A stretch of DNA of 64,000 nt from an uncultured virus (IMG/VR IMGVR_UViG_3300029989_000017) (lineage: Duplodnaviria > Heunggongvirae > Uroviricota > Caudoviricetes): the IMG/VR virus record IMGVR_UViG_3300029989_000017; one strand, given 5' to 3'. A program made the position numbers and the translations under genes. Each line of letters opens with the position of its first letter. The stretch's first letter is position 1. This document shows, piece by piece, positions 17,796 to 25,980 of this stretch. The notes under the pieces are model-generated. The model was not told the DNA's origin. It saw only the letters and a program-made list of their open reading frames with translations, and made no database searches.

Positions 17796-20769
17796 TCTTC
17801 GGTCCCTTCTTCTCAGCGGGGCGGTCGAGCACCTCTATGTCGAGATAGGTCGTGCCGCCTGAGCGCTCAATCTTTGTGACGCGGTAGTTGTAGCCGCGGT
17901 TGATGATGACCTCAAACTCGCCGCCGAAGTCACTCTGCTCCTTGTCACCGTCCCACCCGGCGCTCTTTGTACCCTGACCGTACGAGCTGAAGGGCTCTGC
18001 ATAAAGCATCTGTGTGCCTTTAGGCGCATAGATATTGAATATACAGCCGTTGCCCGTGAAGCCGTGGCCCTTTGCCGCGCCTGTAGATAAGAAGCCTGCG
18101 TCTTGCACGGTCTTACCAAGGAGCTTCGTTTTTAGCTCTTCGATGTCGCCGTAGCTGAGGTCGCTGTCGCTGACGCCTAAGAACGGGGCCGCGCCGCTGT
18201 GATCGACTCCGCGCTGTAGCCACATATCGAAGTCATACGTCGACTTGGAGATCGTGTCTGTGAGGTGCTGAATGCCCTCGGCTTGGCCCTCGTTATCAAG
18301 GTCGACGCCGCCGACGCCTTTAAAGTTTTGCTTGCCCCAACTTTGGTTATAGCCCCGTAGCGGCCTGTTGAAGGCCCCTGAGCCTGAGGTGTATGTGTAC
18401 GCGGCCTTTTTGGCCTCGTGTGGTAGCGTTTTCCATAGCGCGCCCAGTGTGGGTCGCAGGGCCTTGTCAGCCGCCTTCGGACCCGTGTAGCCTTGAAACC
18501 ACTTCGCGCCATCTTTGCGTTCCTGTGTGTAGCTCGCGGCCTTTTGCTTGCTCATCTTTTTCTGCGGCTTTGCGGCAGGAGCCGCAGGCTTGGCCGTTGG
18601 GTTGTTTTGTTTCCACTGCTCAAACTCGGTCTGTGCACCATAGATTGACGGCGTATTGCCGCTGAACTTGCCTGTGTTCACGAAGTCCTTGAAGTCATCA
18701 TACTCTGCCTCAGTGAAGCCGAGCTCGTCGGCAGTCCATCCTTGGAACTTATCTATAACGTCGTTGGTGTTATACTGTTGGTCCTGCGTCAGGCCGCTGT
18801 TCTTCGGGTCTTTCGCCTTGTAGAACTGCGCGATCACGCCGCCGATGTTGAACGTATTGCCGTCGAAGTCTTTTTCAATCCAATCAACTAAATCGGATTG
18901 ATCTTTCATATCAAGGCCGTAGCTCTCGAGGTCATCCCAGTTGTTCGCCTTGTACAGGACCGCCTCTACAGCGTCCTGCTGTGCGGCTGTCAGCTTCTTC
19001 TTGGCGGGCTTGCCGTCCTTCTCATACTCTTCGTAGGCGTTCAACGCTGTCCAAAAGCCCGAGTCGGTAGGCTTATACTCGTTATTGACAAAGTCCGTGA
19101 AGGTCTTGGCCGACTCCTCAGGCGTGAGCCCGAACTCTTTGCCCGACAGGGTGATGCTTGAGGGGTAGAACTGCATGGAGTCGAGGACATCACTTTTGAT
19201 GGAGAGCTCACTCTCGGTCCACTTCGATGTCGGCGTTGCGGCCATTTTCTTCTGCTCGAGATACTGTAAGATCGCGCCGTCAGGCGTATCGGCTTTGCCG
19301 TCAAACTTCTCGTCGAGCCAAGTGACAAAGTCGCCCTGAAGCTCGGTCGCGGTAAGCCCCGTGTTCGGATATTGGTCGGCCCACTCTTTGGACTCGCCCC
19401 ACGTTAGCGCCTGAATGCTGTCCTTGATAAACTTTTTGTTCTCTTCGCTCGCAGTGCCTGCCTGCTCTTTTTTCCACTGCCCGTATTCGCCTAGGGCGTT
19501 GTACAGGATGTTCGAGTCGCCGCTGTAGTTGTCGATCATCCATTTTTTAAAGTCTTCTTTGGTCTCCTCGTCGGTCATATGATACTTGTCCGAGAGGTTC
19601 CAGAAGTCGGAGTCACTGTCGCCGCTGTTGACCTCTTTAAGCAGGAGCTCTTTATTCTGCGCCTGCTTCGACGTCCCACCGCCCATGAGAAGCGTGAACG
19701 GGTCCTCGCCGCCCGCGTCGTGGGTCTTTCCCCACTCTTCGTAATCGGCTAAGACTTTGTGAAGATATGTAGAAGAGCCATCCCACTCGTTTGTGACATA
19801 GTCCTTGAACTCCGCGAGCTCTGCCTTGGTGTCTATGCCCTTGTTGTGTAACATATCCGTGTATATCTCGCTGTCGATTTTCCACAGTATCTCGGTCTTA
19901 TTCTCGTCGGCCTCTGACTTCTGCTCAGGCGGGTCCTCGAGCAGGGTGTTGTCTTCCTCGTCCTGCGGCGTGTCAATCAGGCCATCGTCGAGCGGGGGTA
20001 GCTCACCGTCATCAAGCCACTCGTCAGGGTCGCCTAGGTCCTCAAAGCCGTCCTCAGGTATCTCGGCCTTTGGCTCTTCAGCCTTCGGCTCTTCAGCCTT
20101 CGGCAGGTAGCTGTCAACGTCGTCGGAGGGTTTGCCCTTCTCGGCCTCGTCGAGCTTCTCGTATGTCTTCGGGTCATCAATCTTTTTGCCCTGTACTTCT
20201 TTCGGCATATTGCCGCCAATGATTTTCCCGTTTTTATCTATCATAACTTTACGCCCTGCTGAGCCGCCCTCGCCGCGTCCGTCAGCCTTCTTGCCGCCGA
20301 TCGTGACCCAGTGTGCGCCGTCAGGCGTTGTGTCCGTCGCTGTCATGCCAAGAGAGGCCTCGAACGGCGGGAACAGATCAGCGGGCAGGCTCACTCTCGT
20401 GGCCCACCGTGCGTCGGCCATTTCCTTGCCGTCGGCCTTTGGCTTGCCTTTAAAGTCTGTACACAGGAATAGAACGGGTCGCCCGTACTGCGCGGGCAGT
20501 TTCATCTCACCGAGCGGCTGTAGTTCGCCGAGCTCGATGTTAAATTCTTCTTTAGCCTCTCGGCGCGCGGCCTGTTCAGGCGTTTCGCCTGCTTCGATGT
20601 GCCCGCCTGCGCCGCACCATCCTGCGCCGTCAAGACGTCGTCCGATTAGGAGCTCGCCATTCTTCGACACGAGCACAGCGGCCGCCGTGGGCTTCTTCTG
20701 CGCCTGTAGCGCTAAGGCGGCGGTAAGAGCCGCAGTTAGTACGAGCTTGAGTTGTTCTTTTCGTTCCAT
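17782..20769 (-). CDS. NUDIX hydrolase + repeat region + C-terminal ADP-ribosyltransferase (VIP2/Alt-like)
   Basis: NUDIX box GHIEAGETPEQAARREAKEEFNI; ART motifs YT..FNRPLRG, LQRGV, GFLSTG, EFEVIINRG (R-S-ExE). Confidence 0.85.
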   Translation of the reverse strand: MERKEQLKLVLTAALTAALALQAQKKPTAAAVLVSKNGELLIGRRLDGAGWCGAGGHIEAGETPEQAARREAKEEFNIELGELQPLGEMKLPAQYGRPVLFLCTDFKGKPKADGKEMADARWATRVSLPADLFPPFEASLGMTATDTTPDGAHWVTIGGKKADGRGEGGSAGRKVMIDKNGKIIGGNMPKEVQGKKIDDPKTYEKLDEAEKGKPSDDVDSYLPKAEEPKAEEPKAEIPEDGFEDLGDPDEWLDDGELPPLDDGLIDTPQDEEDNTLLEDPPEQKSEADENKTEILWKIDSEIYTDMLHNKGIDTKAELAEFKDYVTNEWDGSSTYLHKVLADYEEWGKTHDAGGEDPFTLLMGGGTSKQAQNKELLLKEVNSGDSDSDFWNLSDKYHMTDEETKEDFKKWMIDNYSGDSNILYNALGEYGQWKKEQAGTASEENKKFIKDSIQALTWGESKEWADQYPNTGLTATELQGDFVTWLDEKFDGKADTPDGAILQYLEQKKMAATPTSKWTESELSIKSDVLDSMQFYPSSITLSGKEFGLTPEESAKTFTDFVNNEYKPTDSGFWTALNAYEEYEKDGKPAKKKLTAAQQDAVEAVLYKANNWDDLESYGLDMKDQSDLVDWIEKDFDGNTFNIGGVIAQFYKAKDPKNSGLTQDQQYNTNDVIDKFQGWTADELGFTEAEYDDFKDFVNTGKFSGNTPSIYGAQTEFEQWKQNNPTAKPAAPAAKPQKKMSKQKAASYTQERKDGAKWFQGYTGPKAADKALRPTLGALWKTLPHEAKKAAYTYTSGSGAFNRPLRGYNQSWGKQNFKGVGGVDLDNEGQAEGIQHLTDTISKSTYDFDMWLQRGVDHSGAAPFLGVSDSDLSYGDIEELKTKLLGKTVQDAGFLSTGAAKGHGFTGNGCIFNIYAPKGTQMLYAEPFSSYGQGTKSAGWDGDKEQSDFGGEFEVIINRGYNYRVTKIERSGGTTYLDIEVLDRPAEKKGPKSGKK

Positions 20770-20785
20770 ACTGCGGCCCCTCGTT

Positions 20786-22600
20786 TCATATTTCTTTGAT
20801 AGTCCTGCCGTACTTCGTCATGAAGTCGCGTTGACCCATCTTTGTGATAACGCCGTGATCGTGTACCTGCATAGGCCACTTGATCGTTCGCCAGAGAATG
20901 ACCTCTGACGCATAACAGCGGCAATTCTTGACAATAACTCCGCGCTGTGTTATGCTGTAGTAGCCATAATCTGATTGGAGGTTGTACACATGCCCCGAAA
21001 AATCCCTAGTGCTCTTATTGACCACGCGCAACAACTTATAACTGACGGCTCCACACTTGAGGCCGCCGCGCAAGCTATCGGGCATCATCGCACAGTAGTC
21101 AGCGATTGCCTCCGCCGTCGCGGGTTTTCCGTTCCTGTCGGTGGGCACCCCGCGGCTAACAGGCTCGTCCTCGACGAGGCTCACGTTCTTGCGGCTTACG
21201 CTGAGGGCCAGAGCGTCCTCTCTTTGTCCAAGGGTCTGAGCTGTAGTCGTCAAGCCATTCGGAACGTTCTCACTCGTAATGGTGTTGCATCGCGAAGCCT
21301 CTCTGAGGCCAACGCTCTCAGAATGTCCACGCTTGACCTCAGCCAACGGAGAGACCTGATTGGCCCCGCCCGAGAACAGCGGTTCGACAACATGGTCGCC
21401 GCGGCCTATGACCGAGAGAGCCGTAACCCTGCTATCGGCGCAGGTGAGCGGGAGCTCGCCGACGCTCTCGAGGCCCAAGGCCTTACCGTCGTCAGACAAA
21501 AACGCGTTGATGACTATTTCGTCGACCTCGCCATCGACTCGCTCGCCGTGGATGTTAAACAGGCCGCCCGAAACAGCTTTACTCCCGTATCGAACTCGCG
21601 CCGTTTCAAACAAATCAGCAAAGCAGGTTACAAGCCCGTCAACTTTGTCTTCACCGATCTCGCTCTCATTGGGCTCTGCATAAACGAGATAGTCGCCACA
21701 CTGAAGGGCGTCGACCGCAGTCCAACCGTTGAGGGTCAATACTGGGTGCTTCGGTGTCGCTTCAAAAGCGGTCCCGTCCGCAAGAACCGTGCGGATGAGT
21801 TTACCGTCGTAGAGTCGACGCCAGATACGATTGTAACCCTTAGACAGGGCCACCTCGGTTGACGCGGGAAAACAGTTATAAATGTTTCCCGCGCTATAAT
21901 TGCCCTCGCTTTTCTTCCCGAGAAGTTTCTCAGGAGCGGGAGGGTCACTGTATCGACACAGCACATTGTCCATGTGCTTATGTGAGTCGCGCGTCCGACC
22001 GTCGCCTTGTGCGCCGCCCGTTGCGTGCCAGATATACCAATCGAGCCCGAGCTCTTCAGCCTGCGCCTGATTGATCGCCGCGTGGGCCTTTGAGGTCTCG
22101 GTCCGCGCGATTAGTTTTGCGTGCTTCTCGGTCATCTCGCCGACCATCTCACGGAACTGCGGGAGCTTGTAGGCTTGCCTGCTGTCCGCGTAGGTCTGCG
22201 ACGCCATGAACTTGGTTAGGTCCTTTGCCACCGCCGACGGCACCGTGTGTATGTACATGGCGTTACGGTCGATGATCTCATCAACACGGGCCCCTAGGTG
22301 GCCCTCTAACATACGTTGTTGCGCGGCGTACATCTGACGCCCGCGGCCTTGTTCTTTTGCGGCCTGCCGCCATGTCTTGGCGGTCTCGCTCAATGTGTTC
22401 GTTACCATGGTGCGCGATGCCATCCTCGCCCAGTCATACAGCGGCTTTGAGGCGCTGAGGGCGTGGAGCTTGTCGGGGAGGTCCTCTATCTTGGTCAGGT
22501 CATCTCCGAAGAGCCTCAGTATAAGGGCCTTCAGCTTTTGCAGGGCCGTGAGATACTGTTGCTCAATGCGGCGTTTAGGGCTCCAAGAACTGAAGAGCAT
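20786..22600 (-). CDS. Head morphogenesis protein (MuF/SPP1 gp7 family), intein-containing
   Basis: AKLIARTETSK, YIWHATG, DGRTRDSH; the conserved G.IYNCRC motif is restored after removing aa 243-559 (287-aa spliced product). Confidence 0.92.
   Translation of the reverse strand: MLFSSWSPKRRIEQQYLTALQKLKALILRLFGDDLTKIEDLPDKLHALSASKPLYDWARMASRTMVTNTLSETAKTWRQAAKEQGRGRQMYAAQQRMLEGHLGARVDEIIDRNAMYIHTVPSAVAKDLTKFMASQTYADSRQAYKLPQFREMVGEMTEKHAKLIARTETSKAHAAINQAQAEELGLDWYIWHATGGAQGDGRTRDSHKHMDNVLCRYSDPPAPEKLLGKKSEGNYSAGNIYNCFPASTEVALSKGYNRIWRRLYDGKLIRTVLADGTAFEATPKHPVLTLNGWTAVDALQCGDYLVYAEPNESEIGEDKVDGLVTCFADLFETARVRYGSKAVSGGLFNIHGERVDGEVDEIVINAFLSDDGKALGLESVGELPLTCADSRVTALSVIGRGDHVVEPLFSGGANQVSPLAEVKRGHSESVGLREASRCNTITSENVPNGLTTTAQTLGQREDALALSVSRKNVSLVEDEPVSRGVPTDRNGKPATAEAIADYCAMMPDSLRGGLKCGAVSYKLLRVVNKSTRDFSGHVYNLQSDYGYYSITQRGVIVKNCRCYASEVILWRTIKWPMQVHDHGVITKMGQRDFMTKYGRTIKEI
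20928..20956 (+). promoter_or_regulatory. Sigma-A/70 promoter for the antisense gene inside the intein
   Basis: TTGACA (20928-33), 17-bp spacer, TGt extended -10, TATGCT (20951-56). GGAGGT at 20977-82 lies 7 nt before ATG 20990. Confidence 0.8.
20990..21862 (+). CDS. Putative homing endonuclease (2x HTH + Vsr/DUF559-like PD-(D/E)xK domain), antisense within the intein
   Basis: 290 aa; HTH-like TLEAAAQAIGHHRTVVSDCLRRRG and SVLSLSKGLSCSRQAIRNVLTRNG; nuclease-like GERELADALEAQGLTVVRQKRVDDYFVDLAIDSLAVDVK; own promoter and RBS; fully confined to the intein. Confidence 0.8.
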   Translation: MPRKIPSALIDHAQQLITDGSTLEAAAQAIGHHRTVVSDCLRRRGFSVPVGGHPAANRLVLDEAHVLAAYAEGQSVLSLSKGLSCSRQAIRNVLTRNGVASRSLSEANALRMSTLDLSQRRDLIGPAREQRFDNMVAAAYDRESRNPAIGAGERELADALEAQGLTVVRQKRVDDYFVDLAIDSLAVDVKQAARNSFTPVSNSRRFKQISKAGYKPVNFVFTDLALIGLCINEIVATLKGVDRSPTVEGQYWVLRCRFKSGPVRKNRADEFTVVESTPDTIVTLRQGHLG

Positions 22601-22606
22601 TGCTCA

Positions 22607-24154
22607 TCACCCCCACAGTTTCTCTCGGAGAGCCGCGAAGCGTGCTTTTATGCCAGTGGGAGCCGCCGTTTCGGGCGGCTCTGCCTGAGCATCAGGTAGG
22701 CCCGTAGGAGGAACAGGCCCGCCCTCGGGGGTCATATTCGGGTCGCCGCCCATCAGCGCGGCCATTGGGTCCTCACCGCCTTCGCCCATCTGTTGGGGCT
22801 CATCGTCGGCGGCTTCGATCTCTTCGTCGGTTATGTTGGTAAACAGGCCAGTCTCTTCGCTCATCTGCCGAAGCTCTTTGAGCGCCGTCTTGCGGCTGAG
22901 GAGCCCGTTGTCGTAGGTGGAGGTGACCGCGGTCGTCTTCGCTGTCGCGATGTCGGCCTTCTCTTTGCCATCAGGAATACGAACAGGGTTAAACGACACG
23001 CCAAGGTCATCAGGCACCGCGCCGAACTCGCTCATGCACATGATTGGCAGGAGGCGGTCAAGGTGCGGCTCGATCTTGTTCTCTTGCATATTCTCGAGAA
23101 GCGTGTAGTAGTTGTCCGTGTCTGATTCGCCTGTGGCATTCATGCCCCCGGGGCTGATGCCGAAGAGCTTCGTCATGGGAAATCCCGTGACGGAACAGAG
23201 CGCCTGTTGGAACTGCGTGAGGACCTGATCAAGGCCCGTGAATGCGTAGGGCTTGTTCTCAAGGCTGTCGTCCGCGTCTATGACCCGGGTTGAGAATGAG
23301 CTCATGAGAATGTTCTGCGCCTTCAGGGTCTCGTACAGGCGGCCCGATTGATATTGATTCGTGCCTAGCATCTGTGCGAGGTCGGGCGACTTCTGTATCC
23401 ACACGTTCGCCTGATAGAGCAGGCGGCCGATGTTGTGCTTAGCGTCGTCGTATTGACGGAGCTCGTCGAAGATTGTCTCAATGACCGAAGCGCCCCACGC
23501 TTGCTCGACTAGGCTCTCCCAGTAGGGTAATTCGTCCCCGACGAAGCGCAGTATGCGGCTATGATGCACACGCACGTTATCAGTAGCAGTCTCACTCGCT
23601 CTCACCTCGTAATACTCAGGTAGACCGAAGTCGGGGTCGTTAATGTCGTCGACATTCGTCATGGACGGGTAGAGGCCTGACCAACGGTCGACGACGTATA
23701 GGCCCTTGAAGCTGTCGACCTCAATAGTCTTCAGGTCCAAAGGTTGGTCGAGGATGTCGCCGTGGCCGTCGATCATGATGAGCGCGCCTGCGCCGCCGAA
23801 TAGCCGTGCCCACTTGAGGCCGAACTCGATGCCGCGCTTGATCTTGGTCTTCTTCTCGAGCTTCTTTAGGGCGTCAAGCTGTTCAGGCGCGAGCTGTGAG
23901 TCGATCTTGTACCAATGCGCGATCGCGTCCTCGACAGGCAGGTTGATAATGCGCTTCAGGATGCCCGAGCCGCGGTAGAGCGACAGGAGCATCATGTATT
24001 GCATCGTTAATCGGGTCATCGGGTACTCAGCGCCCTCGGATAAGCTCGTCGCGCCGAAGCCTAGGCCCGCGGCGGGGTTAGCGTATGAGTCCGCGGCGTA
24101 GAGCACAACGGGCCTGTTCGGGTCCGCCACCCGATGCGCTTTTAATTTTGCCAT
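22607..24154 (-). CDS. Portal protein (DUF1073-like)
   Basis: LKWARLFGGAG, VHHSRILRF, WGASV, PMTKLFGISPGGMNATGESD..NYY. Confidence 0.92.
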   Translation of the reverse strand: MAKLKAHRVADPNRPVVLYAADSYANPAAGLGFGATSLSEGAEYPMTRLTMQYMMLLSLYRGSGILKRIINLPVEDAIAHWYKIDSQLAPEQLDALKKLEKKTKIKRGIEFGLKWARLFGGAGALIMIDGHGDILDQPLDLKTIEVDSFKGLYVVDRWSGLYPSMTNVDDINDPDFGLPEYYEVRASETATDNVRVHHSRILRFVGDELPYWESLVEQAWGASVIETIFDELRQYDDAKHNIGRLLYQANVWIQKSPDLAQMLGTNQYQSGRLYETLKAQNILMSSFSTRVIDADDSLENKPYAFTGLDQVLTQFQQALCSVTGFPMTKLFGISPGGMNATGESDTDNYYTLLENMQENKIEPHLDRLLPIMCMSEFGAVPDDLGVSFNPVRIPDGKEKADIATAKTTAVTSTYDNGLLSRKTALKELRQMSEETGLFTNITDEEIEAADDEPQQMGEGGEDPMAALMGGDPNMTPEGGPVPPTGLPDAQAEPPETAAPTGIKARFAALREKLWG

Positions 24155-24169
24155 GTGATCACTCCTTCG

Positions 24170-25453
24170 CTATCTGCCTAGGGCCAGTCTGTATTTTTTG
24201 ATCATGGTCTTAATGTAGTAGCGCACGCCGTCCATGCAGTGATCGTTCTCCTTGAGAGGCTGTTCGATACCGCGCTGACGGGCCTTCTCATCCCACACAT
24301 AGCCCTGCCGCTCGCTCAGTGTGTGAGGGCAGTTGACCTTGTGTACTCTGATCTTACGCTTAAAAAACATTGTGGCGGTGTTCTGTAGGCCCACGAGGAC
24401 CTCATTGTCTGCGCCCCGTACCACGTAGCCGCGGCTCTTGAGCTCGGTCTCGAAGCTGTCGGCGCTTGGGTCCATGATCACCATGTTCAGCGGCGGCCGT
24501 GCTCTGAAGAAGTCGTCAAACGAGTCGCCGTACTGGGCGTTGGTCAGCGGAGCCTTTTCTTTGCGTCCGTCGTAGTAATACTCTCGGTCGAGCCAGATGA
24601 CGTCGCCGTCGTCGTATATGTCGAGATAAACCATTGGATTCTCTGTGCCGTAGTCAACAACAGCATAGCGCTGTGCGTACGCCTCAAGTCCCGCGGGCCT
24701 TGATTCGTCGTCATAGGTGTTCTCCTCATCGCTGAAGTTCGCGAAGATCAGGCCCTCGGCCATGGCCCGTAGGCCCTTGATGTCGCGCTTATACCACATC
24801 GTTTTTTTGTCGTATGTGGTGAGAAGCGTCTCGATCTTGTCCATGGACAGGCTCATGTTGTCCGCGATCGTGAAGTGACCGTAGTTGTAGCCATATTTGG
24901 GGTTGAGCCGTTGCTTGGCTTCGTGCTGTTCGAGGATGTCGGTGTAATACCAATGCAGAGGCCCCTTGGGGTTGAGGTCGTGAAATATCTTACGGTCAAA
25001 GCTCGACAGCGTTCTGTCGTTGACCTCTTGAATAAACTTCGGGTGGCACTCGTTGGCCTCTGTGACGTAGGCCATGCCGAATGTGTTGCCTTTGATATAC
25101 TTCTCGTCACCGTCCTTGGCCCCGCCCGCCACTAGGACGACCTTGGTGCCTGTCGGCGTCTTGACGTATAGGCAGTCACGCTCTTGATACTTGCCTTGTC
25201 TGCATCGGCCCTCAAAGTAGTTGATCAGGCCATAGCCGTCGCAGTCCATGATGTTCAGCCGTGCTGAAGCCACAGACACGCCCGCGATGAGGTGAAGCTT
25301 GTTCGGGTGGTTCTCAAGCATGACGCAGAAGGTCAGCGTCGCGAGGACGTTCTTGCCGCCTCGTTTCCCTCCTTCGGCCACGTTCAGCCATGATGTGAGA
25401 GCCCTGTTGTAGAAGGACACTTGATTCTGCGTAAACGGCGCTGACTTGTTCAT
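24170..25453 (-). CDS. terL: Terminase large subunit (PBSX-like)
   Basis: Walker A GGKRGGKN, YVTEAN, DLNP, RNase H-like VDYGTENP, DPSA, DHCMDGVRY. Confidence 0.95.
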   Translation of the reverse strand: MNKSAPFTQNQVSFYNRALTSWLNVAEGGKRGGKNVLATLTFCVMLENHPNKLHLIAGVSVASARLNIMDCDGYGLINYFEGRCRQGKYQERDCLYVKTPTGTKVVLVAGGAKDGDEKYIKGNTFGMAYVTEANECHPKFIQEVNDRTLSSFDRKIFHDLNPKGPLHWYYTDILEQHEAKQRLNPKYGYNYGHFTIADNMSLSMDKIETLLTTYDKKTMWYKRDIKGLRAMAEGLIFANFSDEENTYDDESRPAGLEAYAQRYAVVDYGTENPMVYLDIYDDGDVIWLDREYYYDGRKEKAPLTNAQYGDSFDDFFRARPPLNMVIMDPSADSFETELKSRGYVVRGADNEVLVGLQNTATMFFKRKIRVHKVNCPHTLSERQGYVWDEKARQRGIEQPLKENDHCMDGVRYYIKTMIKKYRLALGR

Positions 25454-25980
25454 TCAGGTATCTCTCTATTCGGCACGGGATTCTGTAGGAGGTTCACCAC
25501 GTTCAGGATGTTCTCGTTGATCTGATCGACATCGATGTCGCCCTTGTTCGCTCTCAGCTTCTCAAGCTCGAAGCGCTGACGGTCGAGCTCCATACGTTGC
25601 TGATCGAGGTCGTGCTTAGCAAGGAAGTCGGGGTTGAGCTTCTTCATGTCGAAGAAGAGCTTGATGGCCTGCGAGTCGCCCCGCTTGGCCTTATTCGTCA
25701 AGGCGTTCCACACCTCTCCGAGGGCGCTGTCAGTGAACATATCGATCTGGCTATTCATGTATTTGATAAAATGCGGGTTGGCCATCCATTGATAGAATGT
25801 CTTCGTACTCACTTGAACGACTTCGCACTTTTGGGCTTTGGTGCGTTTGTCCTCAGGATTAAGCAATAATTCGACCATTTTCTTCTGGCTTGGGTTAGGT
25901 TGCCATTTGTCACCTTTTACACCGATGGGCTTAACCCCTGTCTTTGCAGGCTTTTTCGGCTTAGTCGGCACGGCCATCAC
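25450..25980 (-). CDS. terS: Terminase small subunit (HTH type)
   Basis: HTH-like VSTKTFYQW, AKRGDSQAIKLF, coiled coil; directly before terL. Confidence 0.75.
   Translation of the reverse strand: MMAVPTKPKKPAKTGVKPIGVKGDKWQPNPSQKKMVELLLNPEDKRTKAQKCEVVQVSTKTFYQWMANPHFIKYMNSQIDMFTDSALGEVWNALTNKAKRGDSQAIKLFFDMKKLNPDFLAKHDLDQQRMELDRQRFELEKLRANKGDIDVDQINENILNVVNLLQNPVPNREIPE

Larger units (their letters stand above)
20924..21874 (-). mobile_element. Intein (317 aa) in MuF
   Basis: Block A CFPASTEV, block B ATPKHPVLT (TxxH), GW..DALQCGDYL, block F HVYNLQSDYGYY, block G GVIVKN followed by Cys+1. Confidence 0.93.

Noticed and set aside
934..20908. Many long antisense or alternate-frame ORFs over structural genes (e.g. 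934-1455, 12299-13012, 20132-20908)
   Set aside because: These are typical shadows of GC-rich codon bias with no RBS, promoter or protein motifs noticed. The intein antisense ORF has all three.
22607..24154. Anti-CBASS (Acb1) label sometimes attached to DUF1073 proteins
   Set aside because: Position and motifs indicate a portal protein, and no 2H-phosphoesterase HxT pair was seen.
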